Positions 37,293-46,774 of a stretch of 64,000 bases of DNA are shown one piece after another. The DNA lies in contig JBAYIZ010000005.1 in assembly GCA_041665405.1 (NCBI GenBank), positions 2,513 to 66,512 of the forward strand, in the 5' to 3' direction. The notes under the pieces are model-generated. The model did not search any database and had not been told where the DNA came from. It saw nothing but the letters and a program-made list of their open reading frames with translations. This DNA is from Candidatus Magasanikiibacteriota bacterium. GTDB lineage: Bacteria > Patescibacteriota > Patescibacteriia > Magasanikbacterales > GWA2-37-8. Numbering within the stretch: position 1 is the stretch's first letter; the number at the start of each line of letters is the position of its first letter. A program made the position numbers and the translations under genes.

Positions 37293-37330
37293 CGCCCCTT
37301 CTCCTCCCTTGTCGGGACGGAGAAGGGGCG
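37293..37330 (+). terminator. GC-rich hairpin 3' of the UPRT-like gene (actinomycete-style; no U-tract)
   Basis: CGCCCCTTCTCC...GGAGAAGGGGCG. Confidence 0.35.
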
Positions 37331-37379
37331 GCGCATTCACTTAAATCAAAAAAAAATTAATTGTTTTTTTAATTTATAC

Positions 37380-37964
37380 CTATTTTATTTTCCGTAACGC
37401 CTCCTTGAACAATTGCTCTGTCTTCTTCCCTTTCACCTCAATTTTCTTTATCACCTCCCGCGCCTGCAAAGCAGTATATCCCAAAGTAATCAACCCTTCC
37501 ACCACATCATTCACAATCGCATTATCACTTTCCACATAATCCTTACCAGAATTTTTTTGTTCCTTCGCCAATTTTTCTCGCAACTCCACGATTATTCTCT
37601 CTGCAGTTTTTTTACCAATACCACTCACCTTGGTCAGATACTCCAAATCCCCTCGCCCAATCGCCAAAGCAGTTTCTTCTACACTTCCTAGAGACAACAA
37701 ATGCAACGCTGTCTTTGGACCAACACCCGAAACTGATACAAAATTTTTAAATAATTTTTTCTCCAAATCATTGGCAAACCCAAACAAATCTAGCACATCT
37801 TCACGCACCACCAAATAAGTATCCAAACTAACTTCATTGCCAACCTGGCACACCTTGGACGCCTCTGGACTTACCATCACGCGATAACCAACACCACCAG
37901 CGGTCATAATTACCACTTCCAATCCACTATTAATAACCACTTTCCCATTAATTAGAGCAATCAT
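37380..37964 (-). CDS. ruvA: Holliday-junction branch-migration protein RuvA
   Basis: MIALINGKVV...GGVGYRVMVS N-terminus; HhH motifs GVGPKTALHLL and VSGIGKKTAERI. Confidence 0.8.
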   Translation of the reverse strand: MIALINGKVVINSGLEVVIMTAGGVGYRVMVSPEASKVCQVGNEVSLDTYLVVREDVLDLFGFANDLEKKLFKNFVSVSGVGPKTALHLLSLGSVEETALAIGRGDLEYLTKVSGIGKKTAERIIVELREKLAKEQKNSGKDYVESDNAIVNDVVEGLITLGYTALQAREVIKKIEVKGKKTEQLFKEALRKIK

Positions 37965-38031
37965 ACAAAATATTATAACAACCTTATTTTAACATAAAAA
38001 AACCGCCCCGCAAAGGGCGATTTTAAATATT

Positions 38032-39003
38032 TTATTTTTTGCCTTTTTTCACCCGACTAACACGGATCAGGCCACTGCATGGTACAATTTCGATTCCTTT
38101 CTTTTCCAATTCATCCAAGAACAAATTCATACCAAGCGAGTCTGAAGAGATATGGCCGGCAATTACGATATTCATACTGTGTTCATTGGCCTTATTCATA
38201 GAATCATCACGCATATGCATACCAATAATAGTACTTACACCCGCTCGCGAGAGTGATTCGTAAACCTTACTGGACGGGTTGGTGCCACCAGTCATCTCAA
38301 TCAAAAATTTACCAACACGATTTCGTGGACTGCCACTGATAATTTTTGGGCCAACGCCACGATGTTTGGCTTCTTGATATTCCGGTATCTCCATTAAAGC
38401 TTCAACTACCTCTCCCAAAGTATCGGGATGTTTTTCTTCCAAATATGATTGAACAAATTTTAAAACTAAATTATCAGTAATAGTGTGAGTGTTAATTAAA
38501 TTTACTTTTAATATTTTGGCTAAATCGATCAGCTGATAATTATTTATTGGATGAGTACTACGTCCCACTTCTTTTATTCTTTCTTCCATTACTTTTTCTG
38601 CGATATGAATGGGCATACCCAACGACTCATATATATCTACAGTCATATCCATCACATCATGAAGGCCGGCCAGCGCTTTGCCTATTGGGTGGTGTCCGAT
38701 AACCAAATCAATAGTTTTACCTCGTTCATTTAGTTGTGATGCTAGCAATACTTCTCCACTGCCAATATCAATACCGGCCAAAACTCTTTTGACCTGAGTT
38801 TTTTCGTCTATGTTATGAATTAAACTGTCGGAATAAGGATTCTCTAACAAGGATTTGTCAAAATATTTTTTATCCTCTACTTTCAATTCTTCATAATCTC
38901 TTTTAATTCGATCCAAATACTTCTTTAAGATTTTTGGTCCACGGGGATCAGCCGCCATACCCAACTTTACGCCTGTTTCAAATACTTGTCTTACAGTCAA
39001 CAT
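38032..39003 (-). CDS. Nif3-family (YqfO/YbgI-like) dinuclear-metal protein, tentative
   Basis: DLVIGHHPIGKA resembles the Nif3 LIISHHPLIF. The C-terminal NIVIAGHISSDSLGMNLFLDEL resembles the Nif3 AGHYATE..GV.AL.E.L. Confidence 0.45.
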   Translation of the reverse strand: MLTVRQVFETGVKLGMAADPRGPKILKKYLDRIKRDYEELKVEDKKYFDKSLLENPYSDSLIHNIDEKTQVKRVLAGIDIGSGEVLLASQLNERGKTIDLVIGHHPIGKALAGLHDVMDMTVDIYESLGMPIHIAEKVMEERIKEVGRSTHPINNYQLIDLAKILKVNLINTHTITDNLVLKFVQSYLEEKHPDTLGEVVEALMEIPEYQEAKHRGVGPKIISGSPRNRVGKFLIEMTGGTNPSSKVYESLSRAGVSTIIGMHMRDDSMNKANEHSMNIVIAGHISSDSLGMNLFLDELEKKGIEIVPCSGLIRVSRVKKGKK

Positions 39004-39121
39004 ATATTAAAAAATTAATTGTAATATGGCTATCTTAACGAAAAACAACTGGATTGTCAACTAACCTATCATACTCAAATAGTATAAATTTCACATAACA
39101 CCAAAAGAGAGAAGATAAAAA

Positions 39122-40075
39122 TTAATTTAATCCTATGCTGTATATTTTATCAGCAGTAATATTCAAATTTTTATCAACGTACATATACTGATATTCACTA
39201 GAGAAATGCCACGACTCTTTCCAGCCATAGTCTCCTGTACCTATATCAAATATGCCTGATTCAATCTGTTTGGATTTCTCTATATTCTTTATTATTATAT
39301 ATTTCCATAGATTGGAAACACCGTCAGATGAAACCCCGAACAATCGACGTGAAAAATATTTTTTATAATTTAACGCTAAAGACACCCCTTGCTTCTTACC
39401 GTCTACCAAAAAAGTAAGAAATTCAACATTAACTTCATTCAAATGTACTAAATCTCTATATATTTCTTTTCTATATGGTTTAATAAACGTAGACTCGGAA
39501 CCATATTTCTTTAAATTAAAATCGAACAATAGGTCTAAATCTATCAAATTTGCTTCTACCACTTCCAAATTATTAGTTAAAATTTTTCTAAACTGACTCT
39601 TTAGATTATTTTTAGATTTCCTAGAAAAATATTTATCATAATATTCTTCTATATTGACAAACGAACTCAGATCTAAAAAAAACCTTTTATCCTGCTCAAT
39701 AAAATTCTGTTCCTTAAATCTGCTTAAATTTTTCGAACTTATGTTCGTCAAACAAAAATTTTTATCTAAATGTTGATAAAACAAATCCTCAAATTCGAGA
39801 TAATTTTCATCAATAAAAACGTGATTGCATTCCATGTTAATACCCCCGAAAAATTGCAGCATCTTCTTGTCTTTATCAAATTGGAGCGGCAACAAACCAA
39901 TTGGCTTTTTGTCCAAAAAACCAACCAAGAAACGCAACTCTGTATTAAAATATTTAAAATGAATATACCTAAAATCCCAAAAATCATAGATTGTTTGCGC
40001 GGGAGAAAAAATATTCCACCATTTTTTTGCCTCTTCCAAATCATTCACTTCCAGAATTTCAAAACCATTATTCAT
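39122..40075 (-). CDS. FemAB/CelD-like GNAT-fold protein (putative aminoacyl/peptidyl transferase), low confidence
   Basis: 317-aa ORF whose size and bipartite layout fit FemAB/Acetyltransf_6. Lies 8 nt downstream of the double ATP-grasp gene on the same strand. Confidence 0.3.
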   Translation of the reverse strand: MNNGFEILEVNDLEEAKKWWNIFSPAQTIYDFWDFRYIHFKYFNTELRFLVGFLDKKPIGLLPLQFDKDKKMLQFFGGINMECNHVFIDENYLEFEDLFYQHLDKNFCLTNISSKNLSRFKEQNFIEQDKRFFLDLSSFVNIEEYYDKYFSRKSKNNLKSQFRKILTNNLEVVEANLIDLDLLFDFNLKKYGSESTFIKPYRKEIYRDLVHLNEVNVEFLTFLVDGKKQGVSLALNYKKYFSRRLFGVSSDGVSNLWKYIIIKNIEKSKQIESGIFDIGTGDYGWKESWHFSSEYQYMYVDKNLNITADKIYSIGLN

Positions 40076-40083
40076 AATTTATA

Positions 40084-42483
40084 TTAATACAGCGGATTCT
40101 TTTTTGATTTATATCTTTTTATTGATAGACTTAATATTTCTTCCAACAAATCCCCAAAACTCAAACCTGTTAATTTGGCCGCCTTTACAAAATCTGAATT
40201 CATATTCAAAGGTGGGTTGGTGTCTATCTCCAATATATATGGATTGCCGTCCTTGTCTACTCTAAAACCTACCCGTCCGTAATCACGACACTTCATAATT
40301 TGGTAAACATCAAGTGCAATTTCCGTAAGTAATGACTCTAGTTTGGGGTTGATATTTTTGGCAGGGCTTTGTAAAACAATTTTTTTGTAAGCAGAATTAC
40401 CATATTGTTTGGCCTCGTGAGCATAGATATGCCAGTAACCTTTAGGCATTTTTTTGAAAACCGAACGAGAGATTGGCAGTACTCGTAAATCATCACCACT
40501 ATTACCAATAATAGAAACATCATATTCATCTCCTTCAACATATTCTTCTACTATTACCGGTCTTCCCAAATCATCGATAATTCTTTTCATTTGTTTATCC
40601 AATTCTTTTTTGTTTGTCACCACTGAACTATTGGTGATACCAAAAGAATTATCAGAATTTCCTGGCTTGACCACGAGTGGATATACAAGATCTTTATTAA
40701 TAACATCACTAGTATTAAAGGCATAGTCCCAGGCTGACATCGGGATATTATGAAAATTCAGTAATTTTTTAGTTTTTATTTTATCCTGACAAAAGGCCGC
40801 AGTGAATGAGCTTGACCCAGTAAAAGGAATTTGCAACGACTCCAGTATAGCCGCCGCTTGTGATTTCAGTTGTTCATTATTATTAATTCCCTCAGCTACA
40901 TTAAACACCAAATTGACGTCGCTATCCTTGAGATACATGAAAGCGCGTTCAAAATTGTTGAAATTGAATGTGGTTGTCAAATAACCACGTTTTTTTAATT
41001 CATCTTCTATAAATTTTACGGTTTCTATTGTATCGTCAGAATCATGATTAAAATGAGTTTTGTTTCCCACAATTCCGATATGCAATCTACGTTGATCAGA
41101 AATAGATATCCGACGGACTTTTTCAATCTTCGCGGCCTGAATAATAAAATCTTTTTTAACTGTCGCGGCAGATAACCGACTCTGACGTGAAGTTTTGCCC
41201 AGCACTGAATCCTGATCAAAATGAACTACTTTATAATTTATCAATCTCAAAACTTCCTGCAAATTATCCTGAGCATCAATACCGTTATCTCCCGTTACTG
41301 TCACCCAACCTAAACTATCATATCCTTCTGGTGGACGCAAAATAGCATCACCAATTTCTTTGGATAAATACATTTCTTCAAAAAATTTCAGCGATTTTAA
41401 TTTGGGAGATACTTCCAATTCTACCAAAATACCAGATGATTCTGGTTGCATATCCCAGCCAATAATATATTTGTATGGTCGGTCTGGTTTTTCTATTTTT
41501 ATAAAATTTCCCAGCGAAATATTCACCGACTGCTCTACCAAATCTACATGCCAGGCAGTTTTGAGATAAGAATAAACATAATCTCCACCCATGCGCATAT
41601 TTACCTCAATCGGACAGGGCCCTTTTGGAGATGATTTGGCTTCAAAGTGAATACAAGCATTTTGGATGCCCAGTTTTTCCAAAGTTTCTTCAGCCATTTT
41701 TATCAGATCATCTTGTTCTTTGTTTGGTAAATTAGACGGAATGGCTTGCCCACTATCCACAAAGAAACGACTGTGGCTCTTATTAAAATTATCAGAAACG
41801 GAATAAAATTTTATCTTTCCATTTTGTACCAAAATATCCATATCTACTTCTTCTCCATCAATATATTCTTCCACCAACAAATCAAAATTCTCCCATTCCG
41901 AAGCCAACCAAAATGATTTTATATTATTTTTAATATAATCATATGTTTCCATCAACTCAGCGCGATTATTGACGCGCACCACATAAGCACTACAGGCGCC
42001 ATATATTGGTTTCACTACCAGTGGATATTTCAATTCTTTTTCCAGAGCGTGTATTTCATTTTTACTGCGTAACAATTTGTGTTTTGGCGCCAAAATTCCA
42101 TTGACTGAACAAAAATCACGAAAGGTATATTTGTTTTTTACTTTCTTGGCGATGTCATAAGGAATACCAATCAGATTCAAAGATTCTGCTACATGAGCAG
42201 TCAATAATACCGCCTCATCCCAAAAAGTAACCGCGCCTTGTACTGACATATCAGGATGTTCACGATTATATTTTTTTACGGCCTCAATACATTCCTTATG
42301 ATTTTGCAAATCAGCCAAAACCCATTTGTCGACATATGGTATTGCCCAATCAGCTTTCTCTTTACTCAAACACACCAGATGAAGTCCCATTTTTTTTATT
42401 TTTTGTAAAACAAATTTCTTTGATGGGCTCATTGCATGTACTAACAATATTGTCTGTTGATGTTTATTTTTTCTCAACCGCAT
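40084..42483 (-). CDS. fused double ATP-grasp ligase: N-terminal carboxylate-amine-ligase-type plus C-terminal D-Ala-D-Ala-ligase-like domain
   Basis: 799 aa. First half: PLVVKPIYGACSAYVVRVNNRAEL...EEYIDGEEVDMD. Second half: YPLVVKPGNSDNSFGITNSSVV...EEYVEGDEYDVSIIGN...LEIDTNPPL, the Ddl/ATP-grasp signatures. Confidence 0.6.
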   Translation of the reverse strand: MRLRKNKHQQTILLVHAMSPSKKFVLQKIKKMGLHLVCLSKEKADWAIPYVDKWVLADLQNHKECIEAVKKYNREHPDMSVQGAVTFWDEAVLLTAHVAESLNLIGIPYDIAKKVKNKYTFRDFCSVNGILAPKHKLLRSKNEIHALEKELKYPLVVKPIYGACSAYVVRVNNRAELMETYDYIKNNIKSFWLASEWENFDLLVEEYIDGEEVDMDILVQNGKIKFYSVSDNFNKSHSRFFVDSGQAIPSNLPNKEQDDLIKMAEETLEKLGIQNACIHFEAKSSPKGPCPIEVNMRMGGDYVYSYLKTAWHVDLVEQSVNISLGNFIKIEKPDRPYKYIIGWDMQPESSGILVELEVSPKLKSLKFFEEMYLSKEIGDAILRPPEGYDSLGWVTVTGDNGIDAQDNLQEVLRLINYKVVHFDQDSVLGKTSRQSRLSAATVKKDFIIQAAKIEKVRRISISDQRRLHIGIVGNKTHFNHDSDDTIETVKFIEDELKKRGYLTTTFNFNNFERAFMYLKDSDVNLVFNVAEGINNNEQLKSQAAAILESLQIPFTGSSSFTAAFCQDKIKTKKLLNFHNIPMSAWDYAFNTSDVINKDLVYPLVVKPGNSDNSFGITNSSVVTNKKELDKQMKRIIDDLGRPVIVEEYVEGDEYDVSIIGNSGDDLRVLPISRSVFKKMPKGYWHIYAHEAKQYGNSAYKKIVLQSPAKNINPKLESLLTEIALDVYQIMKCRDYGRVGFRVDKDGNPYILEIDTNPPLNMNSDFVKAAKLTGLSFGDLLEEILSLSIKRYKSKKNPLY

Positions 42484-42638
42484 ATTTTATAATTGAATAT
42501 AAAAATAACACAAAAATTAGGTCTTTGTGTTATTGATAAAAATTAAAGTTTTTATAGTTGGATACGGATCTTCAATAGAAGAACAGACCATATTTATTTA
42601 TTTGAACTCCAATAGTATACCCAACTATGAGCCAAATG

Positions 42639-45581
42639 TCAATTGGCCTTTACTATGGCCAAACCACATTTTTTTCCATCTACTTCAATCAATACTTCAA
42701 TATTGGCTGTTTTTTCTATCGAATCAGCCAAAACCGATACCTTGATTTGAGCTTTATACTCCTCAAAAATACCACCCAAAACTGCGTCTTCGGTGTCATA
42801 TTTTACCGCTATTTTGTCATTGATGGTTAGCCCTTGTTCCTTACGCATCTGATTGATAGTGCGCACGATTTCACGAACCAAACCTTCTTTTTTTAGTTCA
42901 TCATCTATTTTAATATTCAACCACACTTTCAATTTGCCCTCTTCTTTACTTACCCATTCTGGACTGTCTGAAACAAATTCGCTATACGCTATTTTTTTTA
43001 CATTCAATTCATCCGCCAAAATTCCCAACAAACCATGCGACAAATGTTCGCTGTTCATCATCAATTCGGCCAACGGCTGACGCACTTTTATTTTATTTTC
43101 CGCGCGCAAAGATAACCCCAACTCAACCATCTCGCGAATCTCAACCATTTCTTCTAATATTTTTCTCTCATGCACATTTTCTTCTGGCGCTACTGGCCAT
43201 TCTTCAAGATGCACACTCATGCCTAGAGTTTTTTCTGTATTAACTTCCAAAAATATTCTCTCGGCAATAAATGGAGTAAATGGCGCCATTACTTTGGACA
43301 AAGTTAATAATATTTCTCGTAAAGTGGCAACGGCATATTGTTTATCTTCCTCATCATCACCTTTAAAACGGTCACGACTACGACGGACATACCATGTAGA
43401 TAGATCGTCAATAAAATCCTTGATAGGACGACCAGCTTGGACAGTGTCGTAATTATCCATATTCTCAGTAACTTCTTTTATCAACATATTCATGCGCACA
43501 ATAATCCATTTATCCAAAATATTTTCACTCTCCTCTTCACTTGAAATACCACTGTTGGCATACATCTTATAAAATTCAACAACATTCCACAAAATATTTA
43601 TTACCTTATTATAATTTTCTTTTACTTCGCGCTCATTGAACAACAAATCATCAGCTTGCATCACCGCACTGGTCATCAAATAATAACGCATGGCATCCAC
43701 ACCATACTTTTCAATCATAATCCATGGATCTGGGTAATTTTGTTTTGATTTGGATAATTTTTCGCCTTTTTCATTCAAAATATTTCCAGTGGTTACACAA
43801 TTCTTAAAACTGACATCATCAAACAATAACACCGACATCGCATGCATATAATAAAACCAAGCACGAGTTTGAGCAATATATTCAGCAATATATTGTCCTG
43901 GGAAACGCGCTTTAAACACCTCTTTATTTTCAAACGGATAATGAAATTCGGCAAACGGCATGGAGGCGGATTCTACCCAACAATCTATCACCTCAGGAAT
44001 ACGAGTCATTTCACTTTTACATTTTTCACAATGCAGTTTTATTTTATCCATTTTATCTTTGTGTAAATCTATGTCTTCTACTTTATCTGTTTTGTATACC
44101 TCACCAAAATTAGAAGCTTTGGTTTTTAATTCAGATACACTCCCAATACATTCTATATGGGTGCACTCCAAATTATTACATTTCCAAAATGGCAAAGGTG
44201 TCGCCCAATAACGATTGCGTGAGATATTCCAGTCCGGCGCAGTTTCCAAAATATTTAAAAATCGGCCGTGTTTAAGATGTTCTGGATACCAGTTTATTTT
44301 TTCATTCAATTCAATTAAACGCGGTTTTATTTTTTGAATATCTATAAACCATGCCGAAATGGCATTGTAAAATAATTGTGTCTCACAGCGCCAACAATGT
44401 GGATATGAATGTGTGTGATTTTTCTTTTCAAAAATCAAATCGCGATTGTCCAAATCTTCTTTGATCGCTTTTTCCGCCTTTTTAAAATATTGACCGCGAA
44501 TTAATTCTGGCGCGTCATTATTGAAATGACCTTTTTCATCCAATAGTGGCACCATTGGTAAATCAATTTTTACACCGAGATTATAATCGTCTTCACCATA
44601 AATTACAGCGGTGTGCACAATACCGGTTCCCTCTTCGGTGGTCACAAAATCCGCGGCGGTGACATACCACGCTTTTTTACCTGAATCTTTTACAGCTGGG
44701 ATATCAAAAAGTGGTTCATATTCTATATCAACCAAATCTGCACCATTAATTTCTTTCTCTATTTTATACTCTTTATCTTTAAAAACCTCTCCAATTCTAT
44801 CCTTAGCTAAAATATATTTTTGATTTTCAAATCCAACTACCACATATTCAATTTTCTCCCCCACCGCCAACGCTACATTCCCCGGCAATGTCCATGGTGT
44901 AGTTGTCCAGGCTAAAATATATATGTTTTCCGGTAGTTTGTATTTTTTTGAATTTTTTATTTTAAATTTAACAATCGCAGTTTCTTCTGTAATGTCTTTA
45001 TAACTATTATCCATTGCAATTTCCGCCTTGGATACTGGCGTCTCACAACGCGGACAATACATCAAAACCTTACGACCTTCATAAATCAAACCTTTGTCCC
45101 AAATAGTTTTCAAAGACCACCAAACAGATTCCATATAAGTAGAGTCCATGGTCTTATAAGAATTATCAAACTCCACCCAACGACCAATTCTGTCCACCAT
45201 CTTTTTCCATTCTTGCACATACATCAAAACCTTGGAACGGCAAGTTTCGTTGAACTTGGCCACACCCATTTTTTCTTCAATATCTTTTTTACCAGACACT
45301 TTTAATTCTTTTTCCACAATATTTTCAATCGGCATACCATGACAATCCCAACCCCAACGACGACGCACACGATAACCCTTCATCGTCCAATATCTTGGTA
45401 CTACATCTTTGATAACCGAACTCAAAATATGCCCATAATGAGGCAAACCGGTGGCAAAAGGCGGACCATCATAAAAAACATACGGCTTGCTCTCTGGCCT
45501 TTGTTCGACTGATTTTTCAAAAGATTTATTATTCTCCCAATACTTTAATATTTCTTGCTCGTTTTGTTCTGAATTGTACAT
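42639..45581 (-). CDS. ileS: isoleucyl-tRNA synthetase
   Basis: GLPHYGHIL (HIGH variant), KLSKSK (KMSKS), CP1 editing domain. 980 aa. Confidence 0.9.
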   Translation of the reverse strand: MYNSEQNEQEILKYWENNKSFEKSVEQRPESKPYVFYDGPPFATGLPHYGHILSSVIKDVVPRYWTMKGYRVRRRWGWDCHGMPIENIVEKELKVSGKKDIEEKMGVAKFNETCRSKVLMYVQEWKKMVDRIGRWVEFDNSYKTMDSTYMESVWWSLKTIWDKGLIYEGRKVLMYCPRCETPVSKAEIAMDNSYKDITEETAIVKFKIKNSKKYKLPENIYILAWTTTPWTLPGNVALAVGEKIEYVVVGFENQKYILAKDRIGEVFKDKEYKIEKEINGADLVDIEYEPLFDIPAVKDSGKKAWYVTAADFVTTEEGTGIVHTAVIYGEDDYNLGVKIDLPMVPLLDEKGHFNNDAPELIRGQYFKKAEKAIKEDLDNRDLIFEKKNHTHSYPHCWRCETQLFYNAISAWFIDIQKIKPRLIELNEKINWYPEHLKHGRFLNILETAPDWNISRNRYWATPLPFWKCNNLECTHIECIGSVSELKTKASNFGEVYKTDKVEDIDLHKDKMDKIKLHCEKCKSEMTRIPEVIDCWVESASMPFAEFHYPFENKEVFKARFPGQYIAEYIAQTRAWFYYMHAMSVLLFDDVSFKNCVTTGNILNEKGEKLSKSKQNYPDPWIMIEKYGVDAMRYYLMTSAVMQADDLLFNEREVKENYNKVINILWNVVEFYKMYANSGISSEEESENILDKWIIVRMNMLIKEVTENMDNYDTVQAGRPIKDFIDDLSTWYVRRSRDRFKGDDEEDKQYAVATLREILLTLSKVMAPFTPFIAERIFLEVNTEKTLGMSVHLEEWPVAPEENVHERKILEEMVEIREMVELGLSLRAENKIKVRQPLAELMMNSEHLSHGLLGILADELNVKKIAYSEFVSDSPEWVSKEEGKLKVWLNIKIDDELKKEGLVREIVRTINQMRKEQGLTINDKIAVKYDTEDAVLGGIFEEYKAQIKVSVLADSIEKTANIEVLIEVDGKKCGLAIVKAN

Positions 45582-45589
45582 AGTAAAAA

Positions 45590-45770
45590 ATTAATAAAAA
45601 AAACACGATCATTTCGTGCCAAGAGCCACCGACTGAGTCGGGGCGGTACCATCTTGAGCTTTTACTTAATTGGGCTATAACGGGCCACCCGGAAAGATCT
45701 ACTTTTTGCTAAAATAAGCAAATTTCTACTTTCAGCTCCCCGGTGATAGCCGGGTTGAATGCTTTTATTT
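45590..45770 (-). ncRNA. possible T-box-type leader of ileS (tentative)
   Basis: The minus-strand RNA contains UGGUACCGC (matching the T-box core GGUGGUACCGCG), GC-rich stems in an otherwise AT-rich gap, an AUC triplet in a candidate specifier region (AGUAGAUCUUUC), and a terminator CACGAAAUGAUCGUG+U8 about 22 nt before the ATG. Confidence 0.3.
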
Positions 45771-45930
45771 ACAGAATAATTATATAAAAATAAACGAAAA
45801 AAGTCAAATAAACTAAAAGAACATCAACTAGTGATGTTCTTTTAGAGACGGGCGACTAATTCAAGTCGCCCTTCCCCCCTTTGGTGGGCCGCGTCCAACC
45901 TTGTGGTTCGAACGTGGCCACGTTGACTAT

Positions 45931-46680
45931 CTACGCCCGCATCTCCTGCAGGCGCTTCTCGATCTCGGCCAGACGGACGCGAATCGTCTGGTAATGAGAA
46001 CGCAACTTCTCCATGGTGATGTCGAGCTCTCGAATGACCCCTCGCTCGATCTCAACTTCGGCAGGCGTGATGATCGGGGTCTTCCTCCGCCGCCATTCGC
46101 CATCTTCCAACAACCTGTCGTTCAAGGCAAGCTGGAGACGATAGGCGGCGGCCTCGGTTCGGACATATCGTGGCTCTAGGGCATGCATCTCGTCGACGAG
46201 ATTGCACGCCTCAGCGATCAGTTCGTCCTCTTCGACCGACACGACGTCAGCTTCGTCGGCTACGCGTTCGACTTCGACGTCTGGTGAGTGCTCCGACTTC
46301 TGTTCGACAGTCTCTTCTGCCTTCTTCAGTTGCTGGAAAAACTCCTCCGCCCTCAGCCCTGGTGGAACTATCAGGTGGAACGATGCCCGAGAGTTCCGGT
46401 CAGTGGAAGCCTGAACCCAAACCAAGACAGCTGTGGGTCCTTCTGCCATTCTGATGCTGATGCCAGGCGAAGGTGCCGGTCTGATCTTGGTGACAAACCG
46501 AGCCCTGAACACACCCTCAAACCCGGCGCGTTCAAGAAGACTCGCCATCGCCTTGGCCGATTCAGCAATCCATTGGCCGTTGCCTGCTGGCCTCTTGATT
46601 TCCACTCGAACCTTGCACATGTTGCCTCCTGCAACGTTGCGTACAGACACCCCAAACGACGACCTCCGCCGAAGGGACAT
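45931..46680 (-). CDS. GC-rich hypothetical protein (N-terminal ~100-aa domain, acidic linker, C-terminal coiled coil); foreign composition
   Basis: 249-aa ORF with multiple shadow ORFs. The likely start is an internal Met (MCKVRVEIKRPAGNG). No recognised domain. Confidence 0.4.
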   Translation of the reverse strand: MSLRRRSSFGVSVRNVAGGNMCKVRVEIKRPAGNGQWIAESAKAMASLLERAGFEGVFRARFVTKIRPAPSPGISIRMAEGPTAVLVWVQASTDRNSRASFHLIVPPGLRAEEFFQQLKKAEETVEQKSEHSPDVEVERVADEADVVSVEEDELIAEACNLVDEMHALEPRYVRTEAAAYRLQLALNDRLLEDGEWRRRKTPIITPAEVEIERGVIRELDITMEKLRSHYQTIRVRLAEIEKRLQEMRA

Positions 46681-46720
46681 TAGAACCTACATTAAAAATG
46701 GGGTTTTGTCAATACTCAGT

Positions 46721-46749
46721 TTGCCTATCTAAGCCAAAAAAGGTATAAT
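46721..46749 (+). promoter_or_regulatory. rpiB promoter
   Basis: TTGCCT-17nt-TATAAT, 26 nt upstream of the rpiB ATG. Confidence 0.5.
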
Positions 46750-46774
46750 AATATTGCTTAAAATTTATTACTTT

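Noticed and set aside
36430-37336. Additional long ORFs in the GC-rich blocks (36430..37242 +, 36437..37336 -, 46170..46683 +, 7308..7864 both strands)
   Set aside because: These are Pro/Arg/Gly-rich shadow frames typical of high-GC coding DNA. Only the frame with recognisable motifs or a ribosome-binding site was kept for each block.
45860-45930. tRNA fragment (GGTTCGAAC) at the edge of the GC-rich block
   Set aside because: TTCGAAC is flanked by GTGG on both sides rather than by complementary arms. No acceptor or anticodon stems can be drawn. The palindromes AACGTGGCCACGTT and GTGGCCAC explain the resemblance.
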